From: a virus
Reading direction: 5' to 3' (one strand)
Virus record (IMG/VR): IMGVR_UViG_3300007639_000002
Span: 15,144-79,143 of that record
DNA length: 64,000 nucleotides
The notes under the pieces were generated by a model that did not search any database, was not told the DNA's origin, and saw only the letters and a list, made by a program, of their open reading frames with translations. Shown here piece by piece: positions 9,849 through 21,833 of the stretch (positions are counted from its first letter, which is position 1; each line of letters opens with the position of its first letter). The translations under genes and the position numbers were made by a program.

Positions 9849-10647
9849 TTTTTAATTTACTCCAAAAACTAGACTGTTCTTCCTCTTCAATTCTATCGTC
9901 AACAACTTTTACGTATCGCCTGTATGGGGCGGCAGTACCAATCGCAGGGATTGGTTGCAGCGGAGAATCCCCAAAACCTCTTCCAGATGAGAGTAAGTAA
10001 TCATCCGTTGTACCCGTCACTATCTTTTCAAAATCTTTATTCCTTTTTATAGGAATAAGGTGAGCAATTGGCGTGCCGTACTTAATGTTAAAAGAGTTAC
10101 CAGTAGTAATATTCAACACTACATTCATTGTGTGGTACACATCAGTATGCACAATGCTTGGGACTATCGTGTAGTTGGGATTTGGGTCAAATAGTGGAGG
10201 AAGTATCAAAGTAGACCATCCCGGAGCGGTACGCACCATGAACGGGTTTACTAATTTTGGGTAACCTGCGTCTTCTATTTCCCGAACGCTGGTCATAGGG
10301 CATTTACCAGTGGACTCAAAAGTAAATGGTTCATTTGAAAAGAAATTGCCAAAGGGCAGGTTTTCCATTTCAACACTCCACTTCAACTCTATATTTGGGT
10401 TGGGTGTGAAGTAAGCGTTTGACCAGAAGGGAAGCGTTGCCCCAAGAGACAAGTAGTCTAATGTCCCAGCACATCTGCGAATAGACCCTTGTTGTTTTGA
10501 TGAGTTTTTAAACCAGTCCGGCAACGTCTTATGGGTATTTATGTAAGGGGATGCCTCTAGTAAACGCTCATCCCTTGGCATGATGAGTAGTTCACCTTCT
10601 TTTGGTTGATAAACATTTTTGTATAATCTGTGTTTTTTCTTAGTCAT
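9829..10647 (-). CDS. Hypothetical protein (phage beta-rich family)
   Basis: 272 aa; PDWFK, RRC.G..D and GTPIAHLIPIKR motifs. Confidence 0.55.
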   Translation of the reverse strand: MTKKKHRLYKNVYQPKEGELLIMPRDERLLEASPYINTHKTLPDWFKNSSKQQGSIRRCAGTLDYLSLGATLPFWSNAYFTPNPNIELKWSVEMENLPFGNFFSNEPFTFESTGKCPMTSVREIEDAGYPKLVNPFMVRTAPGWSTLILPPLFDPNPNYTIVPSIVHTDVYHTMNVVLNITTGNSFNIKYGTPIAHLIPIKRNKDFEKIVTGTTDDYLLSSGRGFGDSPLQPIPAIGTAAPYRRYVKVVDDRIEEEEQSSFWSKLKNGKRFF

Positions 10648-12127
10648 ACCTAGTTAAGTTTCTAAGAGATTCCGCATGATCTACCAATTCGTGGTTATTG
10701 CGTCCTGAGGATTTATCATACATATCTTTTTTAACAATATTACGAATACCTAGACGATCTATTGCTCTAGTTGTAGATTGTATGTTAAGCACATTTTGTC
10801 CTTGTGCAACATGTATAAAATGACCAGACGAGAACAACCCGTAAAAACTACCAAAGTCGTCGTAACGCATAGGTGGTCTTTCAGACCACAAATCAAGCAT
10901 TTCTTGTAGTGTGTCGTTTATTGGCATTTCCGATACTGCTTGCCAAAATGGTGTGTCTCGCCTATCACTGATGTAATGAAGACGAATCATTGTCAGCAAG
11001 TTATCCATAACACTGGACATCGCTTTGTTGTATTGCTTTTGTGAGTGCTTATAAGTAGGAGTATAACTTGCTAAATAAGGAATTAAAGCCTTTATTTGTT
11101 GGATAGTACTGCCAATGGATGTGGCCTCTAAAGGTTCCACAAATGACGAGGCAAGCCCCACAGCACAGCAGTTGTTAACCCAAGGTTTCTTTAAGTATCC
11201 GGGGTCAAACTTAAAGTGACGGTGTTTATCAAAAGAATAACCTGTTAGGTTAGATAACTCTTCTGCTGCCTTATCCTCATCCATAAATTGTGAAGAGAAT
11301 ACATAGCCATTGCCACGTCGTTCCTGTGTAGGAATCTCCCACGCCCAACCTGAAGACATTGCCCGTGCTCTAGTGTATGGGCGTATTTGGTTAGAGGGGT
11401 CTGACTCTGTTGGGCCAGCAATAGCCGAGTCACAGAGTAAGTATTTACTAAACGACTCCCAATCGGTGTTTCCTATATGGGTCATTAGTACTTTGGAAAA
11501 ACCGCTTGCATCAATCCAGAAGTCGCCAGATAAAGAGCCGTGAGTCTCCAGTACAACAGATTCAATGTTTCCGGTCTCAGGGTTCTGCACCACGGACAGA
11601 ACATCGTCGTCCATTAATTTTATGCCTCTCTCAAAGCATAAAGATTCAAAATAATTATTTAATTTAAAAGTATCAAAATGAAATTGATTTGTATTTTCAT
11701 GCAGGTTTACACGACGAATCTTATTTTCTGTCAAACCAGCAGACGTGGTTTGTATGGTTAATAGTTTTTCACGTTCTATAAACCCCATATAAGTTGGGTA
11801 AAGACCATAAGCAAAAATGGTCTCATCACCAGAAACGCTATGGAAGTAATCAGGGGTTTGACGTGTCCAATTTTCAAAACGAATCCCGTATTTGTGAGTA
11901 GCGTCTGTGCGTACTAATAATTCTTCAGTTGGTATCTCACAAATACGCATGAATTCACGCCAGTGCTCAGTAGAGCCTTCGCCCACCCCTATTATCCCTA
12001 CTTTTTTAGAAGAGACAACAGTAATGGATGAGTTTGAAAAGGCTTTTTGCAGAGATAACGCAGAGATTAGACCAGCAGTTCCAGAACCAATTATGACAAT
12101 ATTTAAGTTGCTATTCATCTGTACCAC
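10640..12127 (-). CDS. prnA: Flavin-dependent tryptophan halogenase-like protein
   Basis: GSGTAG FAD motif, GVGEGS, catalytic Lys in THKYGI, WAWEIP, FVEPLEATSI. Confidence 0.85.
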   Translation of the reverse strand: MVQMNSNLNIVIIGSGTAGLISALSLQKAFSNSSITVVSSKKVGIIGVGEGSTEHWREFMRICEIPTEELLVRTDATHKYGIRFENWTRQTPDYFHSVSGDETIFAYGLYPTYMGFIEREKLLTIQTTSAGLTENKIRRVNLHENTNQFHFDTFKLNNYFESLCFERGIKLMDDDVLSVVQNPETGNIESVVLETHGSLSGDFWIDASGFSKVLMTHIGNTDWESFSKYLLCDSAIAGPTESDPSNQIRPYTRARAMSSGWAWEIPTQERRGNGYVFSSQFMDEDKAAEELSNLTGYSFDKHRHFKFDPGYLKKPWVNNCCAVGLASSFVEPLEATSIGSTIQQIKALIPYLASYTPTYKHSQKQYNKAMSSVMDNLLTMIRLHYISDRRDTPFWQAVSEMPINDTLQEMLDLWSERPPMRYDDFGSFYGLFSSGHFIHVAQGQNVLNIQSTTRAIDRLGIRNIVKKDMYDKSSGRNNHELVDHAESLRNLTRYD

Positions 12128-12711
12128 GTTACTAAAGAGTATTTAACCCCGTCAACCACGGGATTGGCGTAGTGGGTGTAGGGGTAAGAGGACGGAAATA
12201 TAAGAACAGAGTTTTCTTCTGCCTTTATAGTTGTATTAAAGTACGGCAATTCTAAATCTCCCCCAGTTGATGTGTTTTTAAGATACGCAACAATGCTAAA
12301 CACCCTGTGCATGTCAGGACCATAATCGTAATGGCTTCTGTAGTGTGCACCTGCCGAATACTTTAACAAATTAAAAGGTTCATGTAGCCCATGATGTACT
12401 GTGTACTGCTCGCAGTAATCATTGACACACTCATATATTTTATTTCTAATTTCCTGCGTAAATAAACTTTTTACAGGAGAGTCTTGTCTAGGGTCCATGA
12501 ATAGATCAAGATGGCAGGCAAGAGATGACCTATAGTCGGAAAGACTGCCATTTCCAGTAAAAGAGTCATCCCAGTACAGACCCCCAGTGCTGTCGGAGCA
12601 CTCTTGCTCTATGGCATCAATAAAAGTTGAAACGGCTTTTAGATTAAAAACGTCAGTATATATATTTACAGCAGGAACTGGGGTACTAACTGTATTTGGT
12701 GCTGATGGCAT
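12115..12711 (-). CDS. 2OG-Fe(II) oxygenase (prolyl-hydroxylase-like)
   Basis: HYD, YL...GGDL, IFPS..PYTH..NPV..GVKYSLVTW. Confidence 0.85.
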   Translation of the reverse strand: MPSAPNTVSTPVPAVNIYTDVFNLKAVSTFIDAIEQECSDSTGGLYWDDSFTGNGSLSDYRSSLACHLDLFMDPRQDSPVKSLFTQEIRNKIYECVNDYCEQYTVHHGLHEPFNLLKYSAGAHYRSHYDYGPDMHRVFSIVAYLKNTSTGGDLELPYFNTTIKAEENSVLIFPSSYPYTHYANPVVDGVKYSLVTWYR

Positions 12712-13117
12712 TTATGTCTTCTTCTCCTACTACATTTTGTTTATTTTTTAAAACAACATGCCATCTTCCCAACAGCGGGAGCCTAGCAATATACTTTACA
12801 TAGCGTTTTTCAACCAAAACAGGGGTACCCTCAACTACGGTACCATCTTCAGACGTATATATACAAGACAAATTCTTTATATCAAAATCTTCAAAAAAGG
12901 TGCATGACACTGAGTGTGCTTTGTGGACAACTGCTTTTGTGTAAGTTTCAAATGCAATAAGTAGGTTTGTATTGATAATTTGAACTTTTGTTCTATCAAA
13001 GTTTAAATTAACAGTTTGAGAAGAGTCCCCAACGAGAATGGGAAGTTTTAATTCCTTTGCTAGTTTTTCAGCCTCTTCTAAACAGTTTTCAGAAGGACAA
13101 TAGACTAGGCGACTCAT
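12686..13117 (-). CDS. Hypothetical protein
   Basis: 143 aa ORF within an operon. Confidence 0.55.
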   Translation of the reverse strand: MSRLVYCPSENCLEEAEKLAKELKLPILVGDSSQTVNLNFDRTKVQIINTNLLIAFETYTKAVVHKAHSVSCTFFEDFDIKNLSCIYTSEDGTVVEGTPVLVEKRYVKYIARLPLLGRWHVVLKNKQNVVGEEDINAISTKYS

Positions 13118-13118
13118 T

Positions 13119-13388
13119 TTAACTATTTAATGTTTGTATCTGCTCAGTCAATGCTTTGTGTCTTTGGCACATATCATATAGGTTTTGCTTGTCACCATAA
13201 TTAGAATGTATTGCAATTACTGTAGGATCAAAGGTTAATGACGGGTCTGGATACGTGTTGGGGTCAAAAGTCTCGGGGTCTATAGCAAGAATACTGCACA
13301 GTCTATAAAGTTCACGAGTTACGGAGTCCTTCATAGAAGTTGCAATAGTCAGTTTTTCTGCATTTGAAAGGTTTGCAAAAATGGTCAT
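13119..13388 (-). CDS. Hypothetical protein
   Basis: SD GGAG upstream; 89 aa. Confidence 0.6.
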   Translation of the reverse strand: MTIFANLSNAEKLTIATSMKDSVTRELYRLCSILAIDPETFDPNTYPDPSLTFDPTVIAIHSNYGDKQNLYDMCQRHKALTEQIQTLNS

Positions 13389-13396
13389 TAAGTCTC

Positions 13397-14953
13397 CTAG
13401 GCGTTTAAAACGATATAAGTATATCCAGATGATCCTGAGTAATTATCTGAATCTGCTGTCTGTCCAGCAAGCGTATCATAGGAAATTCCAGATGGAGTTG
13501 TATCAGTTATAACAATTATACCTCCACCGCCTCCTGCTCCGCCTCGTTTACCAGCAGAACCGGTTACAGCAGGTGCACCTGCTCCACCAGCGCCACCGAC
13601 ACCACTTGCCCCTCCCGCACCACCTGCACCGCCTGCGTAATGAGTGTGATTTGGAGTATGACTTAACGTATGGTGATTTGGGGTATGGTGCCAGCGTGCA
13701 GTGTTGTCCGAACCCGTGTTGTGCACGTATGGTTCATATTTTCTATACGACGGGTTTTGGTGGTGTATGTTTGCGGTTGAGTAAGTGTAATGGTTGTGTG
13801 CATATCCAGCACTATCATGATGTGTAGTGTCTATATAAGCAATATGCGGGTAACCATGATGAAAGTTTCCAGCGTGCCACTGGTGGCTATTGTGTCCTTG
13901 GTGCGATCCATGATAATGCCCTGTATGGTCTCCACTTTTTCCGCTACCACCCGTAGAATGGGAATGAAAGTTTCTGCCGACGTGGGCAGTGTTTGTGTGG
14001 TTTGGTGTATGAGGTCCGTTGTTATGTGCATGGTAGGTGTGCACTGGGCTGTGGCTCGTAATTACTGCAATTGATGGTGCCGTTGCGCCCGGAGTTCCAG
14101 TTGCACCGTTAGCCCCAGCACCACCGGGGGTTCCCGATGCGCCAGCAGAACCAGCAGAACCAGCGGCTCCACTTATACCTCTAGAGATAACTTTGCCAGT
14201 TCCTGTAATCGTTTTTGCTGCAAGTAAAACTATTCCACCTCCTACACCTCCTGAACCACCAGCACCACCGGGTCCAGACGTATGGTTAGTTACAGTTCCC
14301 GGTGAACCACTTGCCCCAGCGGTGCCAGAAGCACCAGTTCCACCTTTACCTCCACCCGCACCTACCGTTGAGGCATTTGGTGGATAACCACCATTTGCTC
14401 CAGCAGCACCTGCGCCACCCGGAGAACCCGTTGCTCCTGCTTTACCGGGCCAACTATCAGGAGCAGTGTAAGCCGTACCTGTTGCACCAGTAGAACCGCT
14501 TGATCCAGCAGATCCACCAGAAATAGTTGTTATGGTTCCATCATTTTGAATTACTTTTCCACTTATCAAAGAGTTAATATGTTGTCTATAACTCACTGGA
14601 AGTTGCGTAGCAGTAGTTGCCGTGCCACCTCCACCAGTGTTACCCACTGAGTAAGTAAGCGAAGTAGATGTAGAAGTACCGGCAACTGTTCCTGTAGAAA
14701 CAGAAGATGTTGGTTCAGCGCCTGCCCCGGTGCCATGCCCGATGTAACCGTTTAAAGTTAATGTTCCCTGCACAAACACACGGAATCCGTTAGTTTTAAG
14801 GATAACCCCAGAGTTAATCGTGAGGTTTTTGTAGTTCATGTCTGTTGTCAGAGTGGTATCCGCAGAGATAATAACTGTTCCGTCTGCTCCAGTGCCATAA
14901 ACTGTGTCATTACCAAGACTTGAAACACTTTGTTCGTATCTAGATATAGCCAT
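13397..14953 (-). CDS. Gly-rich fibre-like protein with a His-rich insert
   Basis: GxxGxxG runs flanking a segment of about 140 aa very rich in His. Confidence 0.7.
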   Translation of the reverse strand: MAISRYEQSVSSLGNDTVYGTGADGTVIISADTTLTTDMNYKNLTINSGVILKTNGFRVFVQGTLTLNGYIGHGTGAGAEPTSSVSTGTVAGTSTSTSLTYSVGNTGGGGTATTATQLPVSYRQHINSLISGKVIQNDGTITTISGGSAGSSGSTGATGTAYTAPDSWPGKAGATGSPGGAGAAGANGGYPPNASTVGAGGGKGGTGASGTAGASGSPGTVTNHTSGPGGAGGSGGVGGGIVLLAAKTITGTGKVISRGISGAAGSAGSAGASGTPGGAGANGATGTPGATAPSIAVITSHSPVHTYHAHNNGPHTPNHTNTAHVGRNFHSHSTGGSGKSGDHTGHYHGSHQGHNSHQWHAGNFHHGYPHIAYIDTTHHDSAGYAHNHYTYSTANIHHQNPSYRKYEPYVHNTGSDNTARWHHTPNHHTLSHTPNHTHYAGGAGGAGGASGVGGAGGAGAPAVTGSAGKRGGAGGGGGIIVITDTTPSGISYDTLAGQTADSDNYSGSSGYTYIVLNA

Positions 14954-14956
14954 TTT

Positions 14957-15747
14957 TTACACCTGTTGAATATAAATTGAGGTTCCTGCGTTTGCGCCCG
15001 TTACATCAGTAGAGATGGATGCAGGAAGTGCACTAGCAGAGGATACAACAATGATGACACCACCGCCGCCGGGAGATGTTGCAGGGGCTTTGATATAACC
15101 AGTTCCAGAAGATGGTCCAGAAATGTAACGAGCAGCAACGATTACTACTCCTCCACCAGCCTGAGTAGTTCCTCCAGCACCCCCACGCAGGGGCGTAGGA
15201 CCGCCAGAAGCGGTTATTGAATAACCAGTAACTGCTTGCTGTGCAACTCTAAAATAACTTGTTCCACCCTGAGCGGCGGTTGGGGCAGTTGCCGTGTACG
15301 TGGCTGCTGCGTTTCCACCAAGACTGCATGTAACAGATGTTCCTACGCTTCCCGTAGTAGAACCGCCTTGGGCAATAGACCCAGCAGTAGAAAACCCAGC
15401 AGTAAACCCAATAATTGAGTTGTTGTTTAACTTTAATATATTTTTTACAAAAACACGGTAACCGTTGGGCGCTATTCGCACGCTTGCGTTAATGGTTAAG
15501 TCATTGAAGTAAACATCTCGTGTTAGGGAGTAAACGCTTGATGAGGGAACAATAGTTGTGGAGTCACCCAATGTAAGAGTGGTGGTTCCGTCTAGTGTCC
15601 TATCACCGTCGTAACCGTTTCCATAAACAATGTCTGGGCTTTCGTTGTAGTAGGAAACCCAGTAGGAGCCATCCCACTGCCAACTTTTAGAGCCAACAGT
15701 GTAAACCTGATACTGGTAAGGAGAAGCAGGAAAAGTAATTGCTGGCA

Positions 15748-15748
<1 letters not shown>
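14957..15748 (-). CDS. Gly/Thr-rich structural protein
   Basis: Shares VYG.G.DG...LTIN..V....NG.RVFV with the 13397-14953 product. Confidence 0.6.
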
Positions 15749-17112
<1,364 letters not shown>

Positions 17113-17145
17113 CTATGTTGTGACCCCTCAAGGTCTATTTAAGTA

Positions 17146-18480
17146 TTAGCCTACTACAACGATTGTGTAATCGTTAGCGGAAATAGTACCGTAGAGAACA
17201 ACGGAGAGAGCATCTGCGTTAGAACGGGTTACATCCCCAATAACGGTTGCACCGGTTGATACTTCGTAAATCTGTACGTTTACATCAGTAGTATTAAAGT
17301 TGTGAGTAACTACGGTAGTAGAAACACCTGTGCTAGAAGCAGCACATCCCTGTTTAGCAACACGGGCAAGAGCGGGCGTGCTAGTTGTACGACCTGTGGC
17401 TTCAGCGGCTGCCGATCCCAAGTTAGTACGAGCAGTTGCTGCCGTTGAAGCACCAGTACCACCGCTTGCAACAGCAATATTTGTTGCGCCAGAACCCCAA
17501 ACACCAGTGGTAATTGTGCCAAGTGTTGTGATTGAGGACTGACCAACATAGTTGGCTGAAATATCAATAGCATCAGACGTAATTGCTGTTCTGTTAGCGG
17601 TTACGTTGACATTGACTTGTGTGCCGGTCTTTGAGAGTCCGTCACCAGCCTCAAACGAGCCAGCACCAGAGAACTGCGTCCAAGTAATTCCTGTTGAGCC
17701 AACAGTTATTGTTCCGTCTGTGGAAATAACAAAACCCGAATCAAAGTTAACGGTTCCTTCTTCAACAAAAGCAAAAGTTCCTGATTTGAGTTCACCGGTA
17801 TCGGCTGTTCCGTTAGCGTCAGAAGAACGAGAAGCGGCACCAGAAGCGACAGCAACGTAGATACCGTTTTCTGATGTAGTAGTTTGGTTTTTGAGAAGTA
17901 CACGGTCACCAGCGACAAGTGTTACCCCGTCAATTATGTCTCCGGCTTCAAGTCCAGTTGAAATGGCTACGTTTGCAGTTGATGCCACTCTTACTGATTG
18001 TTTTACATCAAGCCCTTGGCGGGCCGAGTCAACATAGCCCTTGGTGGCAATATGTGCGGAATCTGTTGGGGTAGCGACTTTGGCCCGACCGCTTGCGTCA
18101 CGAATTACTAGTTTACTAGCAGTAGCATCAGCAGTCGCATCAGCAAGTTTTGTGAAATCGGCAGCGCTGAGGAGACCAGCGTTTGTTCCGTCGGCAAGAT
18201 TTGGTGTGACGGTTATCTGACCATTATCTTCAGTGATTGTTAAAGCAACAGAATGTGTTCCACCAGAGATAACGCCTGCGGTTACACCATCGTAGCCAGC
18301 AACGATTTTTCGCCAACGAGATGCCGTGGAGTCGTAAACCTTGATAACGCCTTCTTCGCTATCAAAATACATCCGACCATCAAAAAGGTTCGTACTAGGG
18401 TTGGTTGCCAAAACCTCAAACTTAGCGTTAACCAGTTGGTTCTGGTTGAGGTCAATGTTAGTTAGAAATTTCTGAGCCAT
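17146..18480 (-). CDS. Tail fibre / virion structural protein
   Basis: ATKGYVD, QGLDVKQSVRVAST, GDRVLLKNQT..ENGIYV fibre-type motifs. Confidence 0.7.
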   Translation of the reverse strand: MAQKFLTNIDLNQNQLVNAKFEVLATNPSTNLFDGRMYFDSEEGVIKVYDSTASRWRKIVAGYDGVTAGVISGGTHSVALTITEDNGQITVTPNLADGTNAGLLSAADFTKLADATADATASKLVIRDASGRAKVATPTDSAHIATKGYVDSARQGLDVKQSVRVASTANVAISTGLEAGDIIDGVTLVAGDRVLLKNQTTTSENGIYVAVASGAASRSSDANGTADTGELKSGTFAFVEEGTVNFDSGFVISTDGTITVGSTGITWTQFSGAGSFEAGDGLSKTGTQVNVNVTANRTAITSDAIDISANYVGQSSITTLGTITTGVWGSGATNIAVASGGTGASTAATARTNLGSAAAEATGRTTSTPALARVAKQGCAASSTGVSTTVVTHNFNTTDVNVQIYEVSTGATVIGDVTRSNADALSVVLYGTISANDYTIVVVG

Positions 18481-18489
18481 TAAGGTTCC

Positions 18490-18915
18490 TTACGTGAGAT
18501 AGGCAAATCCGGAGAACGCTGATGTAAAGTTTACTACAACTTGTGTAGTACTTATGTAGTTAATTTCCCCAACAACCACTGTTTTAGCGCTATCTACAAT
18601 GGTTACCGAAGGGTAGCCCCCTAAGGCGTGGTTAATCGTCCATGCCGTTGAAACAGTCCCTTGGGTATGGATATGGCGGGTAGAAGTAGGGTAAACAAGA
18701 TTTAATACTTGGTTTGGAGCAACGCCAGTAATAGTGGCACTTGCGTCAGTTGCAGTTGTAACTGTTCCAATAGTAAGAACATTTGGAGGTCCGGCAACAC
18801 CGGGATCGCTTACTTCCAACACCTGTTCCGCTGGTTCAATTACAGTGGATACGTTTTTTTGTTGAGTGACCGTTACATACCTGTTAGGGGTTCTTGTAAC
18901 TTCTATAGTGCTCAT
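18490..18915 (-). CDS. Virion structural protein
   Basis: WTINHALGGYPSVTIVDS motif typical of fibre-associated proteins. Confidence 0.6.
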   Translation of the reverse strand: MSTIEVTRTPNRYVTVTQQKNVSTVIEPAEQVLEVSDPGVAGPPNVLTIGTVTTATDASATITGVAPNQVLNLVYPTSTRHIHTQGTVSTAWTINHALGGYPSVTIVDSAKTVVVGEINYISTTQVVVNFTSAFSGFAYLT

Positions 18916-19622
18916 GTGGGCGGTGCTGAAACCGCTGCCTCAACTACAAGGGTTCCTGATGATAGGCAGTCCCAGTCACCTGCTGAGTCTTGTACAAAGA
19001 GGTCAAAGGAGTAAGAACCTGCGGCTACGTTGTTTGTGTTAGAAACGTGCAATTCTAGGGTGGCACCAGTTGCCGGAGCCAAATAACCACGCTTGTTGGC
19101 GGGTGTTAGGGCAATTACAGTGGCTTCAGATGGCGTGGCGGAATACCATCGCAAGTCTAGAACGGTAGTACCCGTGGATGTCTTAGCCTGCATAAAGGCA
19201 CTTTGGACAGAGATAACAACCCCATCTGCGTCTTTCCAAGTGAAGGTACGGCGGTAATCCGTGTATTGCTTGAATCGGATTTCCATAGCCTGTGCGTCCT
19301 CCAGTGGGGTGATGTTATCTAATGCAGTTACAGTAATTGTACCCTGAGTGATAGGGCGCTGAATCCCATTAACAGTAGCCAACACGTCGTACTGTAGGTC
19401 GCCCAAAGGCAAGTCTTGCGTTTCCTCAGCAGTCAACGACAAAAGAACACCGTTTTCAGTAGTAATGCTTGTAGTTATTTCAAATTTTGAGGTAGTTCCT
19501 GTTTTAATGTAAGAACGGGAATCTGTTGGCTTTAGCAATTTGTGGTTGTACTTATTTTTGATGATTACTAACCGACTCCACGGCAAGCCACGGGTAAGTG
19601 CGTAATTGATAGTACGAGTCAT
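18912..19622 (-). CDS. Structural protein with two BppU-like Ig-type repeats
   Basis: Internal duplication ...YDVL...GTITV / ...FDLFV...GTLVV. Confidence 0.5.
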   Translation of the reverse strand: MTRTINYALTRGLPWSRLVIIKNKYNHKLLKPTDSRSYIKTGTTSKFEITTSITTENGVLLSLTAEETQDLPLGDLQYDVLATVNGIQRPITQGTITVTALDNITPLEDAQAMEIRFKQYTDYRRTFTWKDADGVVISVQSAFMQAKTSTGTTVLDLRWYSATPSEATVIALTPANKRGYLAPATGATLELHVSNTNNVAAGSYSFDLFVQDSAGDWDCLSSGTLVVEAAVSAPPT

Positions 19623-19642
19623 GTATCTATTCTACTTCAGAG

Positions 19643-19810
19643 TTAGCCGTCTTTTTTTACGAGCACTCCACCAATGTGGACAATAAGAGCAGAAACACTG
19701 ATAGCGAGGGCATAAGACTGTACTTGACCAGATAAAGTGATTAAAACTAGACCTGTACCAGCCAAAGTCCACGCTAAAGAATGTAGTTCTTTAATTAGTT
19801 TTTTAAACAT
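19643..19810 (-). CDS. Small two-TM membrane protein
   Basis: Hand-translated, 55 aa: MFKKLIKELHSLAWTLAGTGLVLITLSGQVQSYALAISVSALIVHIGGVLVKKDG. Confidence 0.55.
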   Translation of the reverse strand: MFKKLIKELHSLAWTLAGTGLVLITLSGQVQSYALAISVSALIVHIGGVLVKKDG

Positions 19811-21153
19811 TAATTCCTCATACCAAAACGGCGTTTACGAGACTCGGATGAACCGCTGGTATCACTTCCTCCCCCACCGCCACTTCCACCAGACGGGCTA
19901 GGAGCCGGTGCTGGGGGACTGGAAGAAGGTAAGGAAACAGTTGGTGCTACAAATAATACACCCGTTGCGGCTATCAGCGTTTTACGGGTTCTTACGTTGA
20001 CTTTAGAGTCAACAGGAACGTATGTACCAAACTTCTCACCAAATACGTTAATCTCTGATTCAAAGGCGTTACGGACCGATTCAGGGGCATCCTGTACCGC
20101 TGTGATGAGTTGGTCGGCTTGCGCTGTAGACAATTCACCCGTGTCAATGGCATCAAAGATTTCAGTTGCTTGACTCGTAGTTAGAACTGCAAGTACCTCG
20201 GAATTAGTAGCAAGAGCCACAGCCTCTTTATCATTCACTCCGCTAGAGATAATGTCCTCAACAGCAGATTGAATTTCATCTTGACTCTTGTCCATTAACG
20301 TAGTTATCAGGGCTGCTACGGCAGGATCTACTTGTTCAGGGGTTGGTGCAATTGTTGTAGTTGGAGTTGCTATAGTAGTGGGAGTTTCAACAACGCTGGA
20401 GGTAGTAGATGCGACACTTGTGGAAGGCTCTGGGAGCGTTGTTCTTGGTATTGTGCTGGTGGTTGTGGCGACAACAGTCGTTGTTGTGGCAACGGTTGTC
20501 AAAGGAACATAGGCTTGAGTAGTAGTTGTAGGGGGGACAGTTGACGACGTTGTTGTGGTCGTTGGTAATTCCGTTGTTGTTGTTTGCAACATGGTGGTTG
20601 GGACCACGAGAATAGTTGTTGTAGTTGGTTCCTGAGTTGTAGTCGTAGGTGGCACTGTTGTTGTAGTGGTCGTAGTTGTAGAAGTAGTTGTGGTTGTACT
20701 AGTTGTAGTTGTGGTCGTAACTTCTGGCTGAGTAGTGCTCGTAGTCGTCGTTGGCACGTTTGTTGGGGCAGAGTCGGATTCCACCATGTAGAACTGGTTG
20801 TACCACCTATTAGGGTCGCCACAGCAAACACTTGTGCGTAGACGATAAATACCTGATTCCTGAACATTATATGAAATGTACGAATCTAGACCAAACCAGT
20901 CGTCATTTACGGCTACAACGGTGTCGGCGCTGTTGTAAAGCCATAACTGACTGTCAATGCCATATTGCTGGGCGTAAGTCCTTAGGGTAAAGGTTGTGCC
21001 GGACTCTAACTCAAAGTAGTAGTCATTGGCACCTTCAGTACGAAATGACTCTGCTTTGGCTGGAGATACGGGGTAAATAGCAATAATGCTAAGTAATACG
21101 GGAAGTAATGATATGGGGCGACTAATTATCCTACGAAAATTAAATCGTAACAA
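19810..21153 (-). CDS. Secreted Thr-rich (mucin-like) protein with PPC-like N-terminal domain
   Basis: Signal peptide ending AKA, DSQLWLY...NDD...DS motif, long poly-Thr stalk. Confidence 0.65.
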   Translation of the reverse strand: MLRFNFRRIISRPISLLPVLLSIIAIYPVSPAKAESFRTEGANDYYFELESGTTFTLRTYAQQYGIDSQLWLYNSADTVVAVNDDWFGLDSYISYNVQESGIYRLRTSVCCGDPNRWYNQFYMVESDSAPTNVPTTTTSTTQPEVTTTTTTSTTTTTSTTTTTTTTVPPTTTTQEPTTTTILVVPTTMLQTTTTELPTTTTTSSTVPPTTTTQAYVPLTTVATTTTVVATTTSTIPRTTLPEPSTSVASTTSSVVETPTTIATPTTTIAPTPEQVDPAVAALITTLMDKSQDEIQSAVEDIISSGVNDKEAVALATNSEVLAVLTTSQATEIFDAIDTGELSTAQADQLITAVQDAPESVRNAFESEINVFGEKFGTYVPVDSKVNVRTRKTLIAATGVLFVAPTVSLPSSSPPAPAPSPSGGSGGGGGSDTSGSSESRKRRFGMRN

Positions 21154-21398
21154 TCATTCTCCTCTAGAGTATTTAAGGTTATTTAATTCTACCACTAGAC
21201 ACGAAGAGGGACCGCTCGCAAGCAGCCCCCCTCGGTGGGTTAGACCTCACTAATAATTATACACGATTAGGTATAATTAGTACACGCCCTCACAGCAGGC
21301 ATCTCTTTGCCCGCATTGGTTACAACGATAATGGGCATGTTCCTGCCTCATGTCCCCACCACACCATACACACTGCTCTGACGTGTCATCAGAGCAAA

Positions 21399-21686
21399 CT
21401 ACTTTGGGAATTTCCATTCAGGGTTAATAGATTGACGGATATTGCGCTGAATATCACCTTGAATGTTTTTAATGGCACGGGAGTCGCTGGGGGTCTTAGA
21501 CAAATGCACTAAACCATCTCCAACTATTTTAAGTTTAATGTGTTCACTACCAGCAGACGCAACAAACTTAACGTCATTATCTACAAGTTTGCCAAGAGTT
21601 TCACGAACGCCTTTGTGTGACGTTAGGCTCTTAATATGAGCGTGATTCATGTGCTGGTCTGAGTTTAGAGCGTCAGAAGCAGACAT
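21399..21686 (-). CDS. HicA-like toxin-fold protein
   Basis: GSEHIKL followed by SKTPSDSRAIKNI. Confidence 0.5.
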   Translation of the reverse strand: MSASDALNSDQHMNHAHIKSLTSHKGVRETLGKLVDNDVKFVASAGSEHIKLKIVGDGLVHLSKTPSDSRAIKNIQGDIQRNIRQSINPEWKFPK

Positions 21687-21833
21687 TACTTACTCACGTC
21701 TAAGGTAATGAGCCATTCCGTTTCAGCAAGCCGTTGAACGCCCAAAGTAATAAAGTTTGTAAAGCCGTGCGACTTAGCCGTGTTTTTGGCAATGTCAATA
21801 GCAGAAGACTGGGAAACTACGTTAACTGGGTAT

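Noticed and set aside
21200-21236. GC-rich hairpin as a tRNA or ncRNA
   Set aside because: It is a single stem with no cloverleaf and is probably a terminator. No tRNA was recognised anywhere in the window.
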